From IMG/VR virus record IMGVR_UViG_2643221865_000003: a stretch of 64,000 nucleotides of DNA, one strand, 5' to 3'. The DNA is from an uncultured virus (IMG/VR IMGVR_UViG_2643221865_000003) (taxonomy: Duplodnaviria; Heunggongvirae; Uroviricota; Caudoviricetes). A program made the translations under genes and the position numbers. A model generated the notes under the pieces. The model did no database searches. It was not told the origin of the DNA and saw nothing but the letters and a program-made list of their open reading frames with translations. Below, one piece after another: positions 39,336 through 47,837 of the stretch (position 1 is its first letter; every line of letters starts with the position of its first letter).

Positions 39336-40238
39336 ATGACCACTTCGAAGCGCACCCCTGGCCCCCGCACCGGCACGTTCTGGCACCTGGAACAGGATCC
39401 TCGAACCGGCGCCCCCGTGAAGGTTCTCCGGGACGAGGCCGGCAAGTGGGCCGATGCCCCGTCCGAGCCTGGCGTGGAACTTGTCAGCCCGTCGGCAGCC
39501 GCTGGTACCTTCTCCGATGTGAACTCTCAACGCGACAGCCGGTACCTCCTCGAACGAGTCCTCGCCTACGACGTGTTCCAGTCGACGTTGTGGGGGATGT
39601 GGAACGACGGTGACGTCCCCGTGAACGCTCAGGCGAACGAGACACCGTCCCCGAAGGACGACGCCTGGGTGAAGTCCGTTGTCGCGCAGGCGACGCTGGA
39701 CCCGAACTTCCAGAAGTTCGAGGACATCTCCGACCTGACCGAAAGCTCCGCCGAGCTCGACGACGTGAACGACCTGTCGTACGCCCTGATGCAGGACGCG
39801 ATCATCACGGTGGGCCGGATCGGATCCGCCGGTGGCGACGTCCGCCCGGCCGTGGACGAGAGCGTCTACCTGACGCTCCCCGCCGGCGCCGAGACGTCGG
39901 TTGTGCAGCGCGTGAAGCTGACGCAGGTCAGCGGCGAGGAGACGCTGATCATCGCTGAGCAGCGGATCGACTTCTCCCACGGCGTACCTGCCGGCGCCGA
40001 CAAGGCCGCCTGGCTGAAGGAGAACGGCGACCGGATCATCGACGACCTCCGCAACGAGCTCCACGTCACCCCGTCGGCCGACAACACCACCTGGGATGAG
40101 GACGGCCGCATCTGGATGTCCGCCCAGCCCATCCGACACTTCGGCCCTCTCACCACCGAGCTCGCAGTCGCCCGCGCGCTGCACGAGACACCACTCCTCG
40201 AGCTGTTCGACATCGACGAGGAACCCATCGAAATCTGA
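39336..40238 (+). CDS. acidic hypothetical protein (class B set)
   Basis: Leaderless after class B motif; N-terminal RTGTFW...RDEAGKWA. Confidence 0.8.
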   Translation: MTTSKRTPGPRTGTFWHLEQDPRTGAPVKVLRDEAGKWADAPSEPGVELVSPSAAAGTFSDVNSQRDSRYLLERVLAYDVFQSTLWGMWNDGDVPVNAQANETPSPKDDAWVKSVVAQATLDPNFQKFEDISDLTESSAELDDVNDLSYALMQDAIITVGRIGSAGGDVRPAVDESVYLTLPAGAETSVVQRVKLTQVSGEETLIIAEQRIDFSHGVPAGADKAAWLKENGDRIIDDLRNELHVTPSADNTTWDEDGRIWMSAQPIRHFGPLTTELAVARALHETPLLELFDIDEEPIEI

Positions 40239-40424
40239 GCGCATCGCGCCTTCAGCTTCCTGGCAGCGTTCCGCCTCCGGCCTCCCGTACCCTATGGGAG
40301 GCCGTTGTGGTGTGCGCCTGTTTGCGCTTCACTAGCCGATTCCGCGACGACTGCCCATAACCGGGTGAGTCCGCTCATGTAGGTGGTGAGATGAAAGACG
40401 TCTCCACACAATTTGCTCCAAAGG

Positions 40425-40649
40425 ATGTACCCACAGATGAAGAACGAGATCGTCAACGGCACCAGCTTCAAGGTTTGGCCGAAGCTGAACGGAGACCAGC
40501 AGGTCGGAGGGAGCTACAAGTGCGAGGCCTGCGGCACACGTCGTGAGTACGTGTCGATGAGCTCCGCAACGAAGTTCATGGAGGAGCACTCGACGCCGGG
40601 CCCGTTCGCCTGCAAGAACCTGCCGGCTGAGACCGCAGCTGCCGTCTGA
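40425..40649 (+). CDS. small Zn-ribbon protein
   Basis: Class A variant at 40371; CEAC..H..C. Confidence 0.6.
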   Translation: MYPQMKNEIVNGTSFKVWPKLNGDQQVGGSYKCEACGTRREYVSMSSATKFMEEHSTPGPFACKNLPAETAAAV

Positions 40650-40781
40650 AGGCGGCTTGTAACGAACTGATCACAACCTGATCAGATACTGGGTGGACCC
40701 TGTGAGCCCGCCACATGCCTTATCTGTGAAGCGCCGAACACGATGAAGTGATCGGCGTTTCGTTGTCCCAGCGGTGAGTCC

Positions 40782-41597
40782 TCAGAACCGGTCGTACACG
40801 TGCAGGTAGTACTGGTCGTCCTGGTAGTCGTCGTCGGTGTAGTCGTCCTCATCCTCGAACGGCTTCAGCATCTCGCCGGACTCCAGGTCCCTCTGCTCGG
40901 CACGGGACCGGAATCGTTTCGGCACGCGGTCACCGGCCTCCCAGATGTTCGAGTCGATCGCCACCTCGGCGTCTGCTTCTACGAGGACGACGGGCACCCA
41001 CGTCATTCCGAGCTCGATGGCCGCGGCGAGGCGATGTCCGCCGTCGCAGAACATCGGCTCGTACTCATCCGACCAGCGTGCGGTGAGCGAGCGGACCCAA
41101 CCGTTCTCCGCCAACGACTGCTTGATCCCCTCGTATCGCGGGTCTGCTCGCTTCACCTCGAGGAGAGCTCCCCACAGCACGTTCGGATCCTCGGACTCTG
41201 CCGCGGCGACGTACTGCTCCAACGCAGCGATCTTCGCTCGGAGCGCCGCAGCGACTTCCTCATCGCCGTCCTCCACCGCCATGCCCAGGTCATCCCTGGC
41301 GTCCGCGAGCTCTCCCGCCGCGTTCACCTTCAGCTGTGCGCCGTCCATCGACACCCATTCGGACAGGATGCCGGCAATCGAGACGGGGCGTTCCTCGTCG
41401 ACGTCCCAGTAGGTGAAGTCGTGCAGCGATCCGTCAGAGATCTCCCTCCCGTCCTCTGTCAGCGGCGGCAGTGTCGACAGTTGGTTGAACACGGCATCGT
41501 CGGCGCGGCCGCCGTTCGTCATGTCGATGCCGGGAAGGACACGACCGTTCGCCAGTCGATGCTGGACGGTGTTTCCTTGGACGAGGGGTGACGGCAT
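40782..41597 (-). CDS. ParB/Srx-like domain protein (class B set)
   Basis: DGGHRLAAA.ELG...VPV; leaderless after class B motif; N-terminal QHRLANGR. Confidence 0.8.
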   Translation of the reverse strand: MPSPLVQGNTVQHRLANGRVLPGIDMTNGGRADDAVFNQLSTLPPLTEDGREISDGSLHDFTYWDVDEERPVSIAGILSEWVSMDGAQLKVNAAGELADARDDLGMAVEDGDEEVAAALRAKIAALEQYVAAAESEDPNVLWGALLEVKRADPRYEGIKQSLAENGWVRSLTARWSDEYEPMFCDGGHRLAAAIELGMTWVPVVLVEADAEVAIDSNIWEAGDRVPKRFRSRAEQRDLESGEMLKPFEDEDDYTDDDYQDDQYYLHVYDRF

Positions 41598-41683
41598 GCG
41601 CCGTATGTGTGTGGCCGGACCGCGAACTGGGGGCCGCGCTGCCTGCCGTCCCGTCCGTAGTGTGGTCAGCCGAGGAGGGCTTC

Positions 41684-42244
41684 TTGACCGCACCAACGCC
41701 CGCAGCAGCATGGTTCCCTGACCCGCTCGACGCCACCCGTCAGAGATGGTGGGACGGGACGAAGTGGACCGACCACCTCCACGTTCCGGAGCCTGTTCCG
41801 GTGCCGGCACTGCTGCCGGCATACGCCTCGTTCCCGCCGCCGGCGGCGGCAACCGTGGTGTCCGCCCCTGCCGCGGTGGCAGCAGAGCCGTCACTGCCCG
41901 CCGAAGAGCCAGCGCAGCTTCGGCCGCGCGGCGCCGACCGAGTTGCAGCTCCTCCACCCAAGGGGAAGTCGAAGCTGTACTGGTCGAACCTGCTGTCATT
42001 CCGGCAGTACTGGTTCACCCTCGCCAGCACGTTGGTGATCGCGTTCGTCGTGACGTTGATCATCCCGCCGGTCGGGCCGGTGATGATCCTCTTGGCGCCG
42101 CTGATCTTCTGGGCGTTCCTGCATGTTCAGATGCGCTGCCACCACTGCGGTTCGGCGCTGAACACCAGCAAGGTCGGCGGGGTGGAAGTCTGCAAGCGAT
42201 GCCAGCAGCCGACCGATGCTGGTCTGGCCGCAGGGCGCGGCTAG
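41684..42244 (+). CDS. DUF2510-like membrane protein with C-terminal Zn ribbon
   Basis: AWFPDP....RWWDGTKWT; Pro-rich linker; 2 TM; CHHC..CKRC; GAGGAG RBS. Confidence 0.8.
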   Translation: MTAPTPAAAWFPDPLDATRQRWWDGTKWTDHLHVPEPVPVPALLPAYASFPPPAAATVVSAPAAVAAEPSLPAEEPAQLRPRGADRVAAPPPKGKSKLYWSNLLSFRQYWFTLASTLVIAFVVTLIIPPVGPVMILLAPLIFWAFLHVQMRCHHCGSALNTSKVGGVEVCKRCQQPTDAGLAAGRG

Positions 42245-42780
42245 ACGACCGGGGAGACTGCAGCCAGCAGCTCTGTCAGCCCGTCCCAGATCCGTCCGCT
42301 GAACTTCCCGTCGTCGCCGCTCAACACCTCGGCTGCGACGTTGTCGTCACGGGAATGCTGGATGCTGAACCGGCGGCCGTCGACGCCGAGCGCGAGGACG
42401 ATCTTCACCTCGACCCTGTTCGGGTGATCCCGAACACCGTTCGTCGCCAGCCACCCTTGCAGGTCGTCGGAGGCGGGGCCGTTCTTCACCCGCACCTCCC
42501 AACCTTCGGTGAACAACGCCACCCCGTCCAGGGTGGCGCCGGCTGAATCCAGTTGGTCGTGGAGGCCGGGGGTGCCGCCGAGAATCCTCGCCAGGATCGG
42601 CAGCATCTGATGGACCTCCACCCTCTCCCAGAGCTCGTCCGGAATCGGGATCGGATCCACCTCCAGGATGCCGTCATGCGAGATCAGGAGCGCCACGGAA
42701 GGCCGCCCATCCCAGCTGTTCACAGCCGCCTCCGCGGCGGCGAGAGCGGCGAGAGTGTCGAGAATGGTTGCGGGCTGCAT
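42241..42780 (-). CDS. hypothetical protein
   Basis: AAGGA RBS; WDG.P, EGW, HPNRVE motifs. Confidence 0.7.
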   Translation of the reverse strand: MQPATILDTLAALAAAEAAVNSWDGRPSVALLISHDGILEVDPIPIPDELWERVEVHQMLPILARILGGTPGLHDQLDSAGATLDGVALFTEGWEVRVKNGPASDDLQGWLATNGVRDHPNRVEVKIVLALGVDGRRFSIQHSRDDNVAAEVLSGDDGKFSGRIWDGLTELLAAVSPVV

Positions 42781-42846
42781 CCGGTCCTTTCTGCGGAAGC
42801 TCCAGTATCCAGGTCGGCTGCGACATCGGCCACGCACATACGCACA

Positions 42847-43614
42847 ATGGCGATCACCCGAAACCGTGCAGGTCAGCTGTACTCCACCGCAGACGGCCGG
42901 TGGGTCGAAGACCAGACCGCGGCCGCGAACGAGGCCGCCCTTCGCGACCCCCTGCCGGAGCTCACGTTGGGCGGACAGACGGCAGCCGTACCGGATGCTT
43001 CCAAGGGTGAAGTTGAGGCGTTCGCCGCCAGGATCTCAAACAGGCCTTTCGGGTCTGACGGGTTCACCGTGGATATCGACGGGATCTACCCGTGGAGGTC
43101 GGGCGATGGGCCCTGGTCGACCGAGTTCAGCGGCATCGTCCGTGACGCTGGCGGTGAGGCAGTCGGCTCGTTCACGCGCACCTTCGACGGTGAGCTCGGC
43201 ACTGTCGCCCACAACAACCTCTACATCGATGAGGACTTCCAAGGGACTGGGTTTGCGACCGAGTTCAACGCGGCGGCGTTCGAGCTCTACGCAGAGATGG
43301 GCTACACAGCTGTAACCACTATCACCGACGATGATGGCGGGTACGTGTGGGCGAAAGCCGGCTCCGGGTTCGAGTTCAATAGCGACCACGACATGGCCGA
43401 CGGAGCGCGCCTGTCAATCGCCCAGTCCATCAATCGGCATGCAGGAGGGCCGGATCTGGACGTGTTGCTTGCAATGGCCGACGAGTTCAGGTCAGGCGAT
43501 GGTGGCACGACCATCCATGACATCGCAGCGCTCCGCACGAAGGAGAACCCGAACCTCGGCAAGGACATCCTCACGGGCATCAACTGGCCTGGAATCAAGA
43601 GATTCGCTAACTAG
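42847..43614 (+). CDS. GNAT-like domain protein (class B set), paralogue of 21738
   Basis: Leaderless; N-terminal RNRAGQL..ADGRW; NNL.I...QGTGFAT.FN.AA.ELYAEMG. Confidence 0.8.
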   Translation: MAITRNRAGQLYSTADGRWVEDQTAAANEAALRDPLPELTLGGQTAAVPDASKGEVEAFAARISNRPFGSDGFTVDIDGIYPWRSGDGPWSTEFSGIVRDAGGEAVGSFTRTFDGELGTVAHNNLYIDEDFQGTGFATEFNAAAFELYAEMGYTAVTTITDDDGGYVWAKAGSGFEFNSDHDMADGARLSIAQSINRHAGGPDLDVLLAMADEFRSGDGGTTIHDIAALRTKENPNLGKDILTGINWPGIKRFAN

Positions 43615-43684
43615 GCTAGTAACTCTCAAGATTCCGGACATGGATGCAACACGCGTGCGTGGGCGCCGTGACATTCTGATGCGG

Positions 43685-44359
43685 ATGTCTCCCGAACACC
43701 TCCCCCAGGTCGCTGCCACCCCGTTACCGCGGCGCGGTTCGTCGTACTCAGACGGCTGGGATGCGATCCGCACCTACGCCGCGAAGAACGGCCACGCTCA
43801 CCCGCCGCGCGGTACATCGTCCGGCGGGCTCGACCTTGGATCGTGGGTGGCGCAGCGCCGCAAGGAGTACCGCTCAGGGAAACTGACCGCAGATGAGATC
43901 GCCGAGTTCGAACAGCTCCCGTTCTGGTCGTGGGACCCGCGGACGGAGATGTTCTCCGAAGGGATCCACGCACTCGACGCGTACATCGCCCGGGAAGGCC
44001 ACGCCCGCGTCACCTCCATGCACATGGAGGCTGGGTTCGCTCTCGGCCGTTGGGTGATCGACCGGCGCACCGAATATCGCCGCGGACAACTGACCGAAGG
44101 CCGAATCAAAGCGCTCGAAGAACGCCAAGGCTGGGTCTGGGATGCCGTCGCAGACAACCGCCGCGCCGGCCAGGAAGCGCTGCTGGCGTTCTACACCCGC
44201 GAAGGCCACGCCCGTGTCCCGGCCGAGCACATCGAGGGATTCGTCAACCTCGGGTCCTTCGTGCGATGGCGCCGCCGCGAATACCAAGCCGGCACCATGT
44301 CGGAGGAACGCATCCGCCGCCTGGAATCGCTGCACGGGTGGGTGTGGGAAGCGCGCTGA
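43685..44359 (+). CDS. stand-alone triple helicase-associated (HA) domain protein
   Basis: Three repeats of GHA...LG.W/F....R..Y..G.L....I..LE...W.W; start uncertain (43640, 43679 or 43685). Confidence 0.85.
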   Translation: MSPEHLPQVAATPLPRRGSSYSDGWDAIRTYAAKNGHAHPPRGTSSGGLDLGSWVAQRRKEYRSGKLTADEIAEFEQLPFWSWDPRTEMFSEGIHALDAYIAREGHARVTSMHMEAGFALGRWVIDRRTEYRRGQLTEGRIKALEERQGWVWDAVADNRRAGQEALLAFYTREGHARVPAEHIEGFVNLGSFVRWRRREYQAGTMSEERIRRLESLHGWVWEAR

Positions 44360-44395
44360 CGCGCTGAACCTGGCGGGCCACATACCTAAGGAGGT

Positions 44396-45331
44396 ATGCC
44401 CTCCAACACCGTCACCCGTCTGCACCCGGACGGCTCTTGGCGACTCATCGCGAACGGTCAGTTCACGTTCGCGCCGGGCAGCAGATTCGAACCGGCCGTC
44501 GAGGTCAAGCATGTCGCGACCCTGGAGAGCTGGTTCGCATCAGAGGACTCCGGAAGCCCGGACGAGTTTCTTCTCACATCCCTCGGGCTGCATCATGAAC
44601 CAGAGACGCAAGCCGAACTCAGCGCGGCCGCCTCCGGCCTCCCCGCCATCGCCGATGACATCTCCGACACCGTGTTCGCCCTGGGTGTGGATGGAGTCTC
44701 CTCCGCCGTACACAACCTCCTCGCGGATGCCGCCACGCTGCGGTTCCGGATCATCGATGACGTCTTCACCCTCACCGGCGCCGAAGACCGGGACGGCACC
44801 ACCATCTGGCGTCACAACACCACTGACACCCGGACGGACCGAGCCGTGAGCACAGCCGTGGCGGAGTTCGCCCCGTTCCTCCGGCACGGATCCAACCTCC
44901 GGTTCGGCCTGGCGGAGCACCCCGACGGGTCCGTCACAGTTCCCGCGGCCGCAGACGACGATGACAGCTACGACCACATGGACCGTCAAGGACTGGACGG
45001 CATCCGCGCGAAGATCGCACGCGTCGCACCGCTCACCACCGCCGTCAAACGGCTCGCCGCCGTCACCGCGGAGCGCGGCATCAGGGAGGCAGCCCTGGAC
45101 TGTGTTCCGAACGTGGCCACCGTCGAAGTCATCCACGACAGCGGGCGCGCAACCATCGGGACTCTCCGCGATCACAACAGCTCCGCCCTCCACCCGACCG
45201 GGCGGTTCTGGGACGCAACCGAACCGTTCGAGCATCTCCTCAGCCACGTCAGCCCAGACACCATCACCCAGTACGCAGCAACCCCGGACGGCACCGTCCG
45301 CACCTGGACCGGGTACATCCTCGGCACCTGA
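44396..45331 (+). CDS. hypothetical protein (class B set)
   Basis: Class B motif; N-terminal LHPDGSW..ANGQFTF. Confidence 0.75.
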   Translation: MPSNTVTRLHPDGSWRLIANGQFTFAPGSRFEPAVEVKHVATLESWFASEDSGSPDEFLLTSLGLHHEPETQAELSAAASGLPAIADDISDTVFALGVDGVSSAVHNLLADAATLRFRIIDDVFTLTGAEDRDGTTIWRHNTTDTRTDRAVSTAVAEFAPFLRHGSNLRFGLAEHPDGSVTVPAAADDDDSYDHMDRQGLDGIRAKIARVAPLTTAVKRLAAVTAERGIREAALDCVPNVATVEVIHDSGRATIGTLRDHNSSALHPTGRFWDATEPFEHLLSHVSPDTITQYAATPDGTVRTWTGYILGT

Positions 45332-45351
45332 TCGCCACATGCCCACTGGAC

Positions 45352-45885
45352 ATGGAACACCCCGCACCACTTGAACTGATCCAGCGCGCCACCGACTCGA
45401 CCGACCCCGTCGAGCTGCTCCACCTCGCCGACAGCTACGCCACCACCACGGTGACTGTCGCGGTTGCAGGCAACCCCGCCATCGACGACGAGACTGTCGG
45501 TCTGCTGATGGCTGAGGACTCCAAGGTCCGAGCCCAGTTGGCGAAGAACCCAGCCACCGGCCGCCGGCACCTGGACGTTCTCCTGAAGGACGGGCGGATG
45601 CGTGCCCACCTCGCCCAGCGCGTCGGAGACCCTGACGTGCTCCGCGAGGTGTACCTCGGCGGCCGTGACGACGAAGTGGTGTCCTGGATCTGCCAGAACC
45701 CCTCCACCCCCGCTGACGTGCTCGCAAGCGTCGCCCGCGACGAGAAGGCGTACCGGCGGATCGCGCTGGCCCACAGTGTCCGCGGTCCTCACACCGGGGA
45801 GATCCTCACCGCCCTCGCCGACGACCGCAACCCAAAGGTGCGCTACGAAGCCGTCCGGATGCTGACTCTGCTCCAGGCGGCATGA
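45352..45885 (+). CDS. LRV/HEAT-like helical repeat protein
   Basis: Repeats AVAGNP, LAKNP, QNPSTP, LADD....VR; class C motif 10 nt upstream. Confidence 0.75.
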   Translation: MEHPAPLELIQRATDSTDPVELLHLADSYATTTVTVAVAGNPAIDDETVGLLMAEDSKVRAQLAKNPATGRRHLDVLLKDGRMRAHLAQRVGDPDVLREVYLGGRDDEVVSWICQNPSTPADVLASVARDEKAYRRIALAHSVRGPHTGEILTALADDRNPKVRYEAVRMLTLLQAA

Positions 45886-46040
45886 CGGACAGCCGGCCGA
45901 TCGTCCGGGCTGTCGCGCTCTGGCTGGTCGCCCTGTTCCTGTTCGGATCCCTGCTGACCTCTGTCGACTCCCACCGACGTCGAGCAGCCGAGCACTGGAT
46001 CGACGCTGACGGCGCCTCGCCACATGCCCAGAAGGCATGA
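45882..46040 (+). CDS. 52-aa membrane peptide
   Basis: ATGA-coupled at both ends; one TM. Confidence 0.5.
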   Translation: MTDSRPIVRAVALWLVALFLFGSLLTSVDSHRRRAAEHWIDADGASPHAQKA

Positions 46041-46186
46041 GCGACAACTACGACAAGAAGAAGCTGCAGCGCGACCAAGCCGAGTCGGTGTTCACCTCCG
46101 GCATCGGTGTGATCGCCGTAGCCATCCTGCTCGCCGGCGGCATCGTCTACACGATCGTCAACACGATCATCGGGGCGGTCCAGTGA
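46037..46186 (+). CDS. 49-aa membrane peptide
   Basis: ATG 10 nt after class C motif; MSDNYDKKKLQ...TM; GTGA-coupled to the next gene. Confidence 0.65.
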   Translation: MSDNYDKKKLQRDQAESVFTSGIGVIAVAILLAGGIVYTIVNTIIGAVQ

Positions 46187-46782
46187 CCACCCCACGGGTG
46201 TACGGGAACGCCGGCGGGTCGCTCGAGGGCGGAACGTTCGCTGCGAACAAGCACGTCGCCCGTTTCGGAGCCGCCGGAGAGAAGAAGACCGCGGCGTTGC
46301 TCGCTGAGCTGGCCGCCACGGGCCCCACTGTCCTGCATGACCTGAAGATCCCGAACCAGAAGTTCACCGCGAACATCGACCACGCCATCGTCTCCGGCAA
46401 CAAGGTCGTCCTGGTGGACACGAAAGCGTGGGCGGGGAACTTCTACTGGACGTTCGCCGGAGCCACCTACCGCGGCCTGAAGCGTTTCGCCACCGTCGAC
46501 AAGCAGGGGAAGACCACATTCCCGGCCGAGAAGAAGACGTTGCCGATGGCGAAGGACGCGATCGCTGCGTACCTCGGCGTCCCGAAGGAGAACATCCGGC
46601 TCGCCCTCATCATCTGGCCGACCGGGAAGAAGCCCCTCACCACATGGCTGATGCGTTCACCTGGCGGAGCCACAGTCCTGAACGGGCCTGTGCTCACTGT
46701 CGGACGACTCCGCTCCCTGGCAGGTAAGAAGGAAGCGAACGAGTTCATCGTCCGGAAGCTCGCCCAGCTGGTGATCCGCTAG
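46183..46782 (+). CDS. NERD (nuclease-related domain) protein
   Basis: G..GE, VLHDL, NIDH, VDTK motifs. Confidence 0.85.
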   Translation: MTTPRVYGNAGGSLEGGTFAANKHVARFGAAGEKKTAALLAELAATGPTVLHDLKIPNQKFTANIDHAIVSGNKVVLVDTKAWAGNFYWTFAGATYRGLKRFATVDKQGKTTFPAEKKTLPMAKDAIAAYLGVPKENIRLALIIWPTGKKPLTTWLMRSPGGATVLNGPVLTVGRLRSLAGKKEANEFIVRKLAQLVIR

Positions 46783-46784
46783 CT

Positions 46785-47438
46785 GTGAACGAATCTCACC
46801 ACTCGCCGCCGAGAAGCAGTGCGTCCGTGCTTGGTGAGATCAAAGCGACCGTAGACAGGCATGCTCGGAACTTCGAGGCTGCCGTGGGGCAACGAATGGT
46901 CGACATGGAGCTCGACAACCACGACCACCACCTGGCCTATCGGCTACTTGGGGTGGGATCGACAGATGGGCAGTCCATCGACCGACATCAGAACACTGGT
47001 CGATTCCTCTACCGGCACGCCGGGTCACTCATGGAAGAGGTCACCATCGCCTGCTTCGCACACGCCTTCCCCGGGTCTGGAAAACAGATGATCGACAACA
47101 CTGTCGGGACAAAACCCGCGCAGTTCGAGATCGACTGCCTCGTCGGACAGGACGCGATTGAGATCAAGTGGCGCGACGCGACGACGGACGGAGATCACGT
47201 CTCCAAGGAGCTGGCCCGACTCACGACAATCGCGGCAGCGGGCCTTCGGCCGGTTCGGCTGATGTACTTCGAGCCCCAGAGGCAGCAAGCGCGTAAGATC
47301 CAAGGTCGTCTCCGCGAGAGCTACCTGCAATCGGGCGGTGAGTACCATAGCGGCGACGACGCGTGGATCTACGTCGAGAGCCGAACCACCGTCGACCTCC
47401 GCTCCGTCCTCGAAGATCTTTCATCGCACCTTCGCTAG
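46785..47438 (+). CDS. ApaLI-like type II restriction endonuclease
   Basis: QN.GRFLY..AGS.EE and FEIDCLVG..A.EIKWRDATTDGDH, recalled family signature. Confidence 0.75.
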   Translation: MNESHHSPPRSSASVLGEIKATVDRHARNFEAAVGQRMVDMELDNHDHHLAYRLLGVGSTDGQSIDRHQNTGRFLYRHAGSLMEEVTIACFAHAFPGSGKQMIDNTVGTKPAQFEIDCLVGQDAIEIKWRDATTDGDHVSKELARLTTIAAAGLRPVRLMYFEPQRQQARKIQGRLRESYLQSGGEYHSGDDAWIYVESRTTVDLRSVLEDLSSHLR

Positions 47439-47451
47439 TGCGCCCCTACTT

Positions 47452-47685
47452 TCAGCGCCCGGCGGCGTAACCCTTCGCGAACGCCTCACGGAACGCCAAC
47501 ACCGTCATCGTCTGCGTGTACTCGCCGTGAGGGAACTCAGACTCGGCAAGCTCGTCGACGTTCCCGTCCGGGGCGGTGTACCCGCGGATGAAAGCGTCGC
47601 GGAATGCAGCGAGGATCGCTACGTGCAGGTCCCCGGTCTGAGGGAAGGCAGCCTCGGCGGCTGACTGAGCTGGATCGAACGGCAT
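47452..47685 (-). CDS. hypothetical protein with internal duplication (AFR.AF..GY)
   Basis: Minus-strand class A motif and AAGGAG RBS. Confidence 0.7.
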   Translation of the reverse strand: MPFDPAQSAAEAAFPQTGDLHVAILAAFRDAFIRGYTAPDGNVDELAESEFPHGEYTQTMTVLAFREAFAKGYAAGR

Positions 47686-47837
47686 AGGTGGGTCTCCTTC
47701 TTCACCACCATCATGCGCGGCGCCGCCGATTTCCGCGAAACACCCCGGACTTGCCACATGTCTTCATGTCGGTTGCACCGGATGTCGACGTAGTAGTCCC
47801 AGCCTGTGCGACCCGCTACCAGGAGGACCCACCCCGC

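Noticed and set aside
47688..47837. ORF-track extended N-termini (also 28673-28981, 41598-41999, 42553-42846, 17415-17525)
   Set aside because: They overlap promoter motifs or neighbouring genes; downstream starts have an RBS or fixed motif spacing.
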